Translations under genes and position numbers: made by a program
From: an uncultured Candidatus Rokubacteria bacterium
GTDB taxonomy: Bacteria; Methylomirabilota; Methylomirabilia; Rokubacteriales; DASRDR01
Length of the DNA: 64,000 nucleotides
NCBI GenBank assembly: GCA_963805625.1
Contig: CAWDVE010000013.1
Location: 416,001-480,000, forward strand
Reading direction: 5' to 3'
The notes under the pieces: model-generated
Database searches by the model: none
What the model saw: the letters and a program-made list of their open reading frames with translations, nothing else
Told to the model about the DNA's origin: nothing
Part shown: positions 29,293-39,135 of the stretch, piece after piece
How the letters are laid out: every line of letters starts with the position of its first letter
Numbering within the stretch: the stretch's first letter is position 1

Positions 29293-30326
29293 CCGTCCCA
29301 GGGGTGCCTGGCCTTGCCGTCGCCGTCGCTGTACTCGTACCAGGAGCGGGTGACCCACTCCGTGATCTGCTTGTGGTCCATCGGGTGGACCGTCGAGAGA
29401 TCGCGATTCAGGATCACGCCCCGCGGCAGCCAGAGCCGCGCCGCGTCGCCGCTCGTGTCGATGGGGTAGTCGCCGTAGGCGAGATAGTTGCCGACGCCGG
29501 CACCGAGCCCGGCCCAGTCCTTGTAGAACGGGGCGATGGCCAGGACGTCGGGGACGTAGACCTGGTCCACAAATTCCTTGGCGGTCACCAGGAGCTGATG
29601 CTGGAGCGCCAGCTTGTCGGCGTTGAGCGCGGCGGCGCTGTTGGGGTCCAGCGGGATGGCCATCCCGCCGACCAGGTAGGTCTGCGGGTGCGGGTTCTTG
29701 GACCCGAGGATCGCGTGGATCTTGATCACCTCGCGCTGCCAGTCCAGGGCCTCGAGATAGTGCGCCACCGCCATGAGGTTGGCCGCCGGCGGCAGCTTGT
29801 AGGCGGGGTGGCCCCAGTAGCCGTTGGCGAAGAGGCCGAGCTGCCCAGACTCCACGAACTTCTTCAGGCGATCCTGGACGGTCTTGAAGTAGGTTGTGCT
29901 CGACTTGGGCCAGGGCGAGAGGGACTGGGCGAGCTTGGAGGTCTCACCGGGGTCGGCCTTGAGCGCGCCCGTGATGTCCACCCAGTCCAGGGCGTGCAGG
30001 TGATAGAAGTGGATCACGTGGTCCTGGACGTACTGGATCCCCGCGATCAGGTTGCGGATGATCCGGGCATTATCCGGGATCTTGATACCGAGAGCGTCTT
30101 CCACTGCGCGCACGGCGCAGGCGGCGTGAACCGTCGTTCAGACGCCTCAGATGCGCTGGGCGAAGAGCCAGGCGTCGCGCGGGTCCCGCCCCTTGAGCAC
30201 CAGCTCCATGCCACGGAACATCGTGCTCGAGCTCCAGGCCTCCGCGACCTTGCCACCCTCCACCTGCGCCTCGATCCGGAGGTGCCCCTCGATCCTGGTG
30301 ATGGGGTCGATCGCGATCTTCGGCAT
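29293..30326 (-). CDS. Group 1 [NiFe]-hydrogenase large subunit with two in-frame TGA at the L1 CxxC (putative Sec60/Sec63); 3'-truncated
   Basis: MPKIAIDPITRIEGHLR...RDPRDAWLFAQRI*GV*TTVH...HFYHLHALDWVD...KNPHPQ...WYEY...HPWDG; TGA at 30147-30149 and 30138-30140; no other stop in ~345 codons; C-terminal DPCxxC missing. Confidence 0.9.
30101..30124 (-). promoter_or_regulatory. SECIS-like hairpin downstream of the hydrogenase TGA codons
   Basis: mRNA CCG-C-CUGCGC[CGUGC]GCGCAG-UGG; loop starts 23 nt after the second UGA and 32 nt after the first. Folded by eye. Confidence 0.6.
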
Positions 30327-31461
30327 CACGTGGCCTCCTCTTTCGATTGCTGTCCCTGTTCCTTCGGCCGGGTCTTGGCGCGGATGGTACTGACGACGCC
30401 GTGGGCGGCAAAAGCCGCTGCGGTGCCGCCCACGATCCAGCCGCCAATGCGGTCCACCGTGGTCTGCACGCCGGCACCGGGCAGTGGCGGCAGGCGCCGG
30501 TAGAACGGCGTCATGGTGTCCCAGAAATCCCGCTCGGAGCAGCCGACGCAGCCGTGCCCGGCCCCCACCGGCCAGCTCGTCCCGTCGTTCCAGCGGACCA
30601 CGGGGCAGTTGTGATAGGTCTCGGGCCCCTTGCAGCCCATCTTGTACAGGCACCAGCCTTTGCGGTGGCCCTCGTCGCCCCACTCCTCCACGAACTGGCC
30701 GGCATCGAAGTGGGCGCGCCGCTCGCACTGATCGTGGATGCGCTCGCCGTAGGCGAACAGTGGCCGGCCCTGCTGATCGGTCGCCGGCAGCGCGCCGAAC
30801 GTGAGGAAGTGGACGATGGTCGCGGTGATGTTGACGGCATTGGGCGGGCAGCCGGGCAGGTTGATCAGGGTGAGGCCCGGCACCGCGTCCTGGACGCCGA
30901 CGGCCCCGGTGGGATTGGGTTTGGCCGACGGCCAGCCCCCGTAGAAGGCGCAGGCGCCCACCGTGATGGTCGCGGCGGCGCTGCCGCACACCTCCTTGGC
31001 GATGTCGAGCGCCGTCCGGCCGCCGATTGTGCAGTAGATCCCGCCGTCCCCGGTGGGGATCGAGCCCTCGACCACCACCAGATACTTCCCCTTCTCGCTC
31101 CTCACCGTGTCCATCAGTGACTTCTCCGCCGCCTTCCCCGACGGCGCCATGATGGTCTCGTGGTAGTTGACCGAGAGGATGTCCAACGCGATGTCGCCCA
31201 CCGAGGGGCGGCTCGCGCGGAGGAAGGACTCGGTGCACCCGGCGCAATCCTGGAACTCGAGCCACACCAGCGCCGGACGACGGACCTGCTCGAGCGCCGC
31301 GGCGACCCGCGGCAGGTAGCGGTCAGGCAGCGCCAGGACGGCCGTCATGGCGGCGCAGAACTTGACGAAGCTCCGCCGCGGGACCCCCCGCTCCGCCCAG
31401 CGCGTGGGCGGCCGCCCTCCCCAGCCCCGGGGCGTCGCGGTCTTCGGAACGATGGAGCCGT

Positions 31462-31477
<16 letters not shown>
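30326..31477 (-). CDS. [NiFe]-hydrogenase small subunit (Tat signal, C-terminal TM)
   Basis: RRSFVKFC Tat motif, EFQDCAGCTES, GACAFYGG, PGCPP, HDQCERR, WCLYKMGCKGP, WPVGAGHGCVGC. Confidence 0.95.
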
Positions 31478-32143
<666 letters not shown>

Positions 32144-32154
<11 letters not shown>

Positions 32155-32512
32155 AGGGCACCTCCTCGCTCGTCTCGAGGCTGATGACCTCCAGCTCACG
32201 CCCCGAGATCAGCTCGACGAGCCCGGAGCCGCAGCGGGGACAGCTGAAGGACAGCACTTCGATCTCGAAGCCCGCGGCGCAGTCGGCGCAGGTGGCCCGG
32301 ACAGGGATGTGTTCTATCACGAGGACCGCCCCGTCGAGCGCGGTCCCCGGAGTCAGCAGGTCGAAGTAATGGCGGAGGCAATCCGGGACGACGGAGGTGA
32401 GCCGCCCGATCCTGACCGTGACACACGATACGGGAGGGCGCGGCCCCGCGAGGCGGGCCAGGGCGTTCGTCGCCACCTCGATGATCCCCTCGCAGACCGA
32501 CAATTCGTGCAT
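32144..32512 (-). CDS. hypA: Hydrogenase nickel metallochaperone HypA
   Basis: MHELS, CADC...CPRCG, GRE. Confidence 0.95.
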
Positions 32513-32537
32513 GCCCGGTCTCCCGTCCGCATCAGCC

Positions 32538-32957
32538 TCACGTCGGTCCGCGCGCGGCGACCTGGGCGAGAGTGGTCTCGTCCATCATCGCCTGGAGCGT
32601 CGCGCTGACCCGGGCCCACTCGCTCTGCAGTCGGCAGGGATGGGGGTCGCCCGCACGGCGGGGCGGGAAGATGCACCGCCGGAGGACCACGGGCCCCTCG
32701 ATGGCCTCGAAGATCTCCCTCAGCCGGATCTCCTGGGCCGGTCGCGCCAGCGCATAGCCGCGAACGGCGCCGCGGTGGGACGAGACCAGGCGGTGACGCC
32801 GGAGCTTCTGGAGCGTGCGGGCCAGAAAGCCGGCGGGCAACTGGCCCGCCTGAGCGATCTGGCGAAGAAGCATGACCGTGCCCCGGGGCTGTCTGGCCAA
32901 CACGATCAACCCCTCCAGGCCATACTGACTCTCGCGACTGAGAATCACCGGAGTCAA
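32538..32957 (-). CDS. Rrf2-family transcriptional regulator
   Basis: YGLEGLIVLA...FLARTLQKL...SHRGAVRGYALARPAQEIRL...IEGP. Confidence 0.85.
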   Translation of the reverse strand: MTPVILSRESQYGLEGLIVLARQPRGTVMLLRQIAQAGQLPAGFLARTLQKLRRHRLVSSHRGAVRGYALARPAQEIRLREIFEAIEGPVVLRRCIFPPRRAGDPHPCRLQSEWARVSATLQAMMDETTLAQVAARGPT

Positions 32958-33169
32958 AAGACCTCACGGGTCGCTTGAGGAAAGAGTGGATCGGCCCGCG
33001 CGTAGGGTCCATGAGCCAAGAGCCTCATTCTTCTGAGGCATGGGCCTCACCTCGGGTCCAGGACAGGCCTGTAGGTCGTGGGCCGCCACGACCGGAGCTT
33101 GACCGCGATCGTGAGGTGGATCAGCAGCGACCCGGGAACCTCGCGAGATCCCTGGCGCCTGGTGCACGG

Positions 33170-33412
33170 CCGGCATCTTCTGCTTCACCCGGTCGTGGAA
33201 CGAGTTCCTCTACGCGCTCATCTTCATGTCGTGCGGCTCGATGAAGATCATTTCGGTCGGGACGGTCAGCGACCTGGTCAAGGCGGACACCCTGTTCTGG
33301 GGATCGCTGATGGCCTCCGCGGTGCTCGGCTCGGTCCCGATCGCCATCCTGTACTCGTTCTTCGTCAAGCAACTACGTGTCCGGGCTCACCGCCGGGGCC
33401 GTGAAGGGATAG
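33170..33412 (+). pseudogene. Carbohydrate ABC permease C-terminal fragment
   Basis: GIFCFTRSWNEFLYAL...WGSLMASAVLGSVPIAILYSFF, frameshift, VSGLTAGAVKG*. Confidence 0.75.
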
Positions 33413-33659
33413 GCAGGCACCGCCCGGCCTGGGTCGCGCCCGACACCGGCGGGGGTTCGGGTCAGGCGCCCAGACGGCCCCCGGAGGCGCCGGCGTGAGT
33501 TCCGGTCAGGACCCGGCGGACATCGTCGGCGTAGGTCACCCGGCGATGCACGAGGCCTATCTCGAGAAATACTCCGAGGGCGCTCCCGCCCCGCTGGCCA
33601 AGTGCTCCGAGCTCTACGGTTCCTCGCCAGAAAGCGCAAGGAAACGGCGGGTGGTGGCT

Positions 33660-33688
33660 CGAACCCGTGTTTCAGCCTTGAGGATGGC
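33660..33688. repeat. 29-bp direct repeat, tRNA-Glu(CTC)-like att relic, copy 1
   Basis: CGAACCCGTGTTTCAGCCTTGAGGATGGC, identical at 38170-38198; its reverse complement contains CTCAAGGCTGAAACACGGGTTCG. Confidence 0.8.
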
Positions 33689-33779
33689 CCTGGCTCGCGC
33701 AGCTAGGGGTACGGCCGCGGCGGCTTCTATAGCTACGACTGGCTCGAGTGAAAAGCACCGAGCGCGTCAATAACCCACA

Positions 33780-34679
33780 TCATTTCCTCTCGAATACCGT
33801 CCGCTGATGAGTGAAGATCTCACGCTCAAAGACCAGCTGATTGCATGAGTACCAGAAGGAGACGATCTGATACCGGAAGTTCTTGTCGAAGATATACTTG
33901 GGCAGCAGCTTCAGCACGAGCCAAAGTTTTCTGAAACTGAACTCGAGGCTCTTTCTCCCCCACTCTTTGAGCGTCTGGATATAGTCCAGCCGTCCGTTGT
34001 TCGCGGATATGAAAGTAAAATAAGGATCGGCGCACTTCTGCAGCTGCTCAAGGCCGCTGGGCAGCCAACTGCCGGGATAATACTTCTCCAAGTGCCCCAT
34101 CACCCAATTGTCCGACAGTTTTTGCGCGTTCACGTCACACTCTTCAGGCCTTGGGACGCGTTTGCCCCAGAGCATGGTCTGGACATACAAGCGTCCGCCG
34201 GGTTTCAACATCTGGGAACATTTCGCGAAAAAGCCATCGTAAATCTGATCCTGCTTGCCCGCCTCGAACTCTTCAATGCTGCAGAAGTGCTCGAGTGGAC
34301 CCACGGCCACGACCGCGTCAAAGACGCCTTCGTTCGAGTCCAGCTCCCTGAAATCCTTCAAGATGGCGTTCAGCCCGTCGGCTCGACATGCCGCGGCCTG
34401 CGCCGGAGACAACGTAAGCCCAAGCCCGACCGCGCCCCGCTCTCGTATGGCGTTTAGAATCGGTCCCCAGCCGCAGCCGACCTCAAGAACCCGGTCCCCT
34501 CTCTTGACGTGAAGGCTGTCAAGAATGAAATCATGCTTCTTCTTCTGCGCCTGTTCGAGCGTCAGGGTAAAGTCACCGCCATACATGGCGCCGCTGATAT
34601 CGGCATGATCTCCGAGGCTCAGACGGAAGATGTCATCCATGTAATCGTACGTAGCCTCGATCTGCTTCTGCGTTGCCAT
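33780..34679 (-). CDS. Cyclopropane-fatty-acyl-phospholipid synthase family methyltransferase
   Basis: TLEQAQKKK, VLEVGCGWG, GLTLSPAQ, LEHF, PGSWLP, DYIQTLKEW; visibly lower GC. Confidence 0.88.
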   Translation of the reverse strand: MATQKQIEATYDYMDDIFRLSLGDHADISGAMYGGDFTLTLEQAQKKKHDFILDSLHVKRGDRVLEVGCGWGPILNAIRERGAVGLGLTLSPAQAAACRADGLNAILKDFRELDSNEGVFDAVVAVGPLEHFCSIEEFEAGKQDQIYDGFFAKCSQMLKPGGRLYVQTMLWGKRVPRPEECDVNAQKLSDNWVMGHLEKYYPGSWLPSGLEQLQKCADPYFTFISANNGRLDYIQTLKEWGRKSLEFSFRKLWLVLKLLPKYIFDKNFRYQIVSFWYSCNQLVFEREIFTHQRTVFERK

Positions 34680-34923
34680 AATAGGTTAACCTTATCATGG
34701 ACACGGCAAGCAGCTTCAGGGGATCGACTTGCGCTGGTCCTCAAGGATCTCCCAGAGCCTTCCGCGCGGCGTCCACTTCGCCGTCCTGCATAGTGGGCCC
34801 TGTACTCTCCGAGATCAGCTTGCAGGCCAGATCCCTCTGCGCCACTCGTGATAGTGCTGATCCAGTAAGCATTGCTACTCTCCCGATCTCCCCGGATCAC
34901 TCGCTTCCAAGAACCTTCACATT

Positions 34924-35232
34924 CTAGAGGAATCCGATGCGCCTGGCGCCTCCGCCCTCCGCACCGATTTCCAGAATCGCGACCACATACGACCACGGGA
35001 CGAGAATCTCGAACCCCTCGTGCTTGCTGCCCGTACCGTCCCAGCTACCATCGGTCCTCGCCACTATGCCCGCCAGGTGGCCGAAGTTCACCACGGTGCA
35101 GGCGATGGCGAAAGCGGGCGCTCCGCGAGGCTGATTCAACTCAGGATCCAAGACTTGGCGGCTCCATGAAAACTTCTCGAACCAGGCACCCTCGACGACC
35201 AGCTCCACACGGTCGCCCTCCCGGATCGGCAT
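34924..35232 (-). CDS. Hypothetical protein (Sm/SH3-like, ends RIGFL)
   Basis: 102-aa ORF with GAGG RBS; EILVPWSYVVAI. Confidence 0.55.
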   Translation of the reverse strand: MPIREGDRVELVVEGAWFEKFSWSRQVLDPELNQPRGAPAFAIACTVVNFGHLAGIVARTDGSWDGTGSKHEGFEILVPWSYVVAILEIGAEGGGARRIGFL

Positions 35233-35639
35233 ACCTCACATCTCCCTGTTCATGAATCACTTGGATCTAGGAACGTGTTACCCTTCCCACTTCGTTCCAC
35301 TCTGAAGTCGCACGGTTCCGGCCCTACTGGTACTTTGACAGACATCGCTGGGTCTGACAGCCAGGTCATGTATCTTGCCATCAACCAGCCGGAATCCCTC
35401 GCGTCCGAAGCTTCCCTGCACTTTGCTGACGATCTCGATCGGAAGCCGGACCATTCGGCTATGAGTCTCGGCATCTTCCTAATGATCAAGTGTGCCGCGG
35501 TGTCCACGGCATGGGGAATGGAATCTGGTATCCCGCGTACTCGTTAGATCGGCTGCTCGCGGTAGCGGTCCCGTCCGAGCGGAGGGCCACGGGTGGCCGT
35601 GGCCCTCGCCCCTGCTCCTGGCGTTCGTCACCCCATGGC

Positions 35640-36281
35640 TTACTGACAGATTTGCTGGCTGTAGGCGGGAATCCACACCGTGGCGCGCTGCCCGTTCTGG
35701 ACCGTCCGGGTCTCGTAGTGGCCCTGGACGGTCACGGTCTCACAGTTCTGACCGCCGGTCGGGGCCGACCCCTGGGCAGGCGGCTGCGGCGGCCCCGCCG
35801 GCGGGCTGCCGTAGCTCAGGCTGGTTGACGGATTCACCTGGCCTCCTGTCCCGGGGTCAGGCGGCGGGGTGTAGGCGGGGGGTGAGTATGCCGGGTACGA
35901 GTATGCGGGATAGCTGTAGGCCGGGTATGGGTAGGTAGGGTACGCGTAGGGATACGCAGGGTACGCGTAGGCCGGGGGATACCAGTAGGGGGCCGTAGCG
36001 AGGGTACCGATCCCCAACCCGAGGGCGAAGCCCCCCCAGCCCCAGCCCCAACCACCCCCGTGCCCACCATGCCAGCCCCCACCTCCACCATGCCAAGCAC
36101 CACCGCCGCCACCACGAAATCCACCGTGCCCCCCACCCCGCTGAGCCTGAGCAGGGCCCGCGAGGAGCGGCACGAGAAGCAGGGCCGCGAGCGCGATCGC
36201 CGTCAATTTCCTCACGTTCTTAGCCTCCTCTACAGTTGTTTTGACGGCAATATCGCGCCTTCGATTCCTAGGTTCCGTCAA
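35640..36281 (-). CDS. Secreted Gly/His- and Pro/Tyr-rich low-complexity protein
   Basis: Signal peptide, GGxHGG repeats, PAY repeats, C-terminal CETVTVQGHY...IC. Confidence 0.75.
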   Translation of the reverse strand: MTEPRNRRRDIAVKTTVEEAKNVRKLTAIALAALLLVPLLAGPAQAQRGGGHGGFRGGGGGAWHGGGGGWHGGHGGGWGWGWGGFALGLGIGTLATAPYWYPPAYAYPAYPYAYPTYPYPAYSYPAYSYPAYSPPAYTPPPDPGTGGQVNPSTSLSYGSPPAGPPQPPAQGSAPTGGQNCETVTVQGHYETRTVQNGQRATVWIPAYSQQICQ

Positions 36282-36520
36282 TCCCGGCGACCACCCCCCG
36301 CCGCCATCCCGGTCTGCCCACCGACCCGCGGGGGCCGGTTCTCACCCAGCGCGCCCGGCCCACTCTGGCCGGCCTGCCGCGCGCTAGAGTCCAGCCACCC
36401 TGGGACTGAACCGGACGCGGAAAACTAGCGACGGAGGGGCTACTCGCCGTCGCTGCAGCAGCCGGAGCGCAAGATTCCGCATGGAGGGTACAGGCGGAAA
36501 ATAAGGTATTCTCGGCGAGC

Positions 36521-37180
36521 ATGAACGACCCCGCCCAGGCGCCGCGCATCGAACCGCGCTGGCCCCCTGCCCTCGTGATCCTCGGGGTGACCGTCTTGCT
36601 CCAATCGCTGCACCCCCGCCTCCGGGTGTTGCCGGCCTGGTTTCACTACACCGTCACGATTGCTTTGCTCGTCCCGATGGTCGGCGTCGCACTGACCACG
36701 GCCAGAGCGCCGTGGCCACGTGTCGAGCGGACGATGACATTTCTCTTTTTCGCGACCGTTCAGGTCGCGACCCTGGTGGCCCTGGGGCGATTGATCGGCG
36801 AGATGGTGTACGACTCGAAGGAGGTCAGCGGGCTCGTGCTACTGGCGTCATCCATTGGGGTGTGGGCGCAGAACGTGCTCGCGTTCTCGTTGCTGTACTG
36901 GCAACTCGATCGAGGCGGGCCGCACGCTCGGGCGAGTAATCTGAGTCAGAAGCCGGACTGGCTCTTTCCGCAAACGGGAGTACCCGAGGACGTGCTGCCC
37001 GGTTGGCAGCCCACGTACGTAGACTACCTGTTCCTGGGATACTCGACGGCGACGGCATTCAGCGCCACCGATGCGCTGCCGCTGACGTCTCGCGCCAAGA
37101 TGCTGATGATGCTTCAGAGCATGATCTCGCTCGTGACGATCCTCCTCGTCGCCGCACGCGCGATCAATATTCTCCAGTGA
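36521..37180 (+). CDS. DUF1345-like membrane protein
   Basis: FSLLYWQLDRGGP, DWLFPQ, YVDYLFLGYSTATAFS...D, KMLMMLQS. Confidence 0.85.
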   Translation: MNDPAQAPRIEPRWPPALVILGVTVLLQSLHPRLRVLPAWFHYTVTIALLVPMVGVALTTARAPWPRVERTMTFLFFATVQVATLVALGRLIGEMVYDSKEVSGLVLLASSIGVWAQNVLAFSLLYWQLDRGGPHARASNLSQKPDWLFPQTGVPEDVLPGWQPTYVDYLFLGYSTATAFSATDALPLTSRAKMLMMLQSMISLVTILLVAARAINILQ

Positions 37181-37419
37181 GACGGTGACCTGGCAGGATG
37201 CGCCCTTCTATCTTGATTCCAATACCAAAGGGCGCCTTTCCGGATGAAACCCCCAATTCGAGTTGACCCGCTTCCGTGGATTCCGTTCCCCTTGTGGGGA
37301 GCGGGAGCTGCGCAGTAGATTCAGTCCTCGCGGCGTTGGGCGGCGAGTCGTTCAGTGCTCGGTTCGCTCACTTCGGTTCACCATGTTCATGCCCCGGCAA
37401 GGAGGAAGGAGACGACTCG

Positions 37420-37851
37420 ATGTTGGCTCAGCTCTCGCTCCGTGAGATCTCGCACGTGATAGCGCTGTCCATGGCGCCGGCCTTTCTTCTGGCGGCGGTC
37501 GGTGCGTTCAGCTCATTGGTGGTAGGCAAGATGACGAGCATCGTCACACGTATCCGCATCCTGAATACCATCGAGGATACCGATCGAGCCCGTGCTCATC
37601 TCAAGGCGGATATTCCAAGGCTCAAGCGCTGCGCGAAGCTGATGGACCGCGCGCTCACATGCTTGGTGGGCAGCGGCTTGGTCACGGCGTCTCTCATGAT
37701 CCTCGCGTTCGCCGGGGCTGTCATGAAGTGGCAGCATGAAACGGCAGTTGCCGTGCTCTTCATGATTACCCTCGCGCTCATCGCAGTCGCGTTTGGCTTC
37801 CTCTTTTGTGAGGCCCTCATCTGGCACGGCGAATTTGATCATCAGGCGTGA
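37420..37851 (+). CDS. DUF2721 membrane protein
   Basis: IALSMAPAFLLAAVG...IVTRIR, three TM segments; GGAGG upstream. Confidence 0.8.
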   Translation: MLAQLSLREISHVIALSMAPAFLLAAVGAFSSLVVGKMTSIVTRIRILNTIEDTDRARAHLKADIPRLKRCAKLMDRALTCLVGSGLVTASLMILAFAGAVMKWQHETAVAVLFMITLALIAVAFGFLFCEALIWHGEFDHQA

Positions 37852-38169
37852 GGTTGCCGCTCCGGGGGGTGCCGACGCACCCGGCCCCAAGGCAGGCCGT
37901 CGATGCACGCGCAGAGGGCAGCGGTGGAGGCCGGAGGCCTCATGTCGTACGGGCCGAGCGCTCACTCGTGGGAAAATTGTGGGAGCGGGACAACCACGGG
38001 GTGGCTCCGGCGCGGTTGTCATCGGCCAGAATGCCGTCGCGAGACGGCCCGGAACTCCCCGGATTCATGGCGATGACGTCCAATGGTGGCCGATAGACCC
38101 CTCCCGGTCACAGAACTGAAAAGCCCGGGTGCATCTTGGTCCCGGAGCCTGGGGGTCTGCAACGAAATG

Positions 38170-38198
38170 CGAACCCGTGTTTCAGCCTTGAGGATGGC
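38170..38198. repeat. 29-bp direct repeat, tRNA-Glu-like att relic, copy 2
   Basis: Identical to 33660-33688. Confidence 0.8.
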
Positions 38199-38389
38199 GA
38201 CGAGCACTGCAGCCGCACGCACTTCTCGCGCGACAGCTACGTTTGGTTGGGATGCATACCGGGCCATGTCCATCTCAGGTTTCAGTAGACTTTCTGAAGA
38301 CTTGTAAAGCGGGCTGGCACTCGTCACCGGCTTTGTCCCGAGACTTGAGAGCGCCTTCTAGACCGGGGCGACCGCGCCCGCTCGAACCT

Positions 38390-38670
38390 CCGGCGATCTA
38401 CCAGGTGTGGCCCCGTCTCCTGACACAGGCGCGGTTGACTGGCAGGCCGGGCGGGAGCCTCCGCGAGTGCCCCCCAGGCCCTCCGCCAATACTCTATGCG
38501 AGCCTCCAAATTGCCAAGGTCATCGAGGCCGGACGCGACCGGGACGCCCTCCTGACGTACCTCAGAAGCCAGCTGCGTCATCGGAACATCCAAAGGGCGA
38601 TGGGCTACTACATCCACCTCTTCCCGGGCGGCCAACGGGAGATCACCAACCGCCCGGACGACGACATCGG
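38390..38670 (+). pseudogene. Tyrosine integrase C-terminal remnant
   Basis: YASLQIAK...LTYLRSQLRHRNIQRAMGYYIHLFPGGQREITNRPDD resembles box II (QLGH...Y.HL.P). Confidence 0.6.
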
Positions 38671-38793
38671 CCGGGACTGGCCGTCGGTCTTCCGGTCCAT
38701 CCGGCCGAGGGATGCGAGGCCTCTGGATTCGTCGCAGACCATCGTAAATCCGTCTCACTTGGCGAAAACGTCGCAATCGAGGGCCCCTGGAAC

Positions 38794-39039
38794 GTGAGCG
38801 AAAGGTCCGTAACGGTATATAGTTCGCCCACCTGACGCCCCTGCAAGCAGACGAAAGAGTTTCTTTCGTCCAAGGGCGTGACGTATCGGGAAGTGAACGT
38901 GGCGGAGGACTTGGAGGGCCGGGATGAGCTGATCCGGCGTACCGGTCAGCTGGCCGTGCCAGTGACGGTGATCGACGACGAGGTGGTGCTGGGCTTCAAC
39001 CGGCCCCGGCTCGTCGAGCTGCTCGGCCTGGACGCCTAA
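38794..39039 (+). CDS. Glutaredoxin/NrdH-like selenoprotein (UxxC)
   Basis: VSERSVTVYSSPT*RPCKQTKEFLSSKGVTYREVNV...TGQLAVPVTVIDDEVVLGFN; in-frame TGA at 38833-38835 occupies the first Cys of CxxC. Confidence 0.88.
38836..38878 (+). promoter_or_regulatory. Bacterial SECIS-like hairpin of the glutaredoxin gene
   Basis: Lower stem CGCCC/GGGCG; upper 9-bp stem GACGAAAGA[GUU]UCUUUCGUC; loop starts 23 nt after UGA. Confidence 0.75.
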
Positions 39040-39064
39040 CCTACCTGGGCCGGAAGCAAAGCTG

Positions 39065-39086
39065 GCCGGCGGGAGTCCCCGCCGGC
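39065..39086. terminator. Hairpin between convergent genes
   Basis: GCCGGCGGG-AGTC-CCCGCCGGC 9-bp stem; no clear U-tract. Confidence 0.45.
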
Positions 39087-39135
39087 AGCTCAGCTCGTCC
39101 CAAGAGCGGAGGGCCGGAGCCCTCCGCCGCGCGTC

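Noticed and set aside
27951-30113. 720-aa hydrogenase-HypE fusion ORF
   Set aside because: It results from the deletion junction; the middle part is out-of-frame hypD sequence and hypE has its own start overlapping the hypD stop.
30138-30149. Ordinary nonsense mutations in a dead hydrogenase gene
   Set aside because: Disfavoured but not excluded: it needs two hits on exactly the two ligand codons with no other lesions, and it ignores the hairpin and the UxxC glutaredoxin.
33660-33688. Intact tRNA-Glu gene
   Set aside because: Only the anticodon-to-T-loop part is present; there is no D-arm or acceptor stem at either copy.
35860-36140. Repetitive DNA
   Set aside because: Explained by the Gly-rich and PAY low-complexity protein coding sequence.
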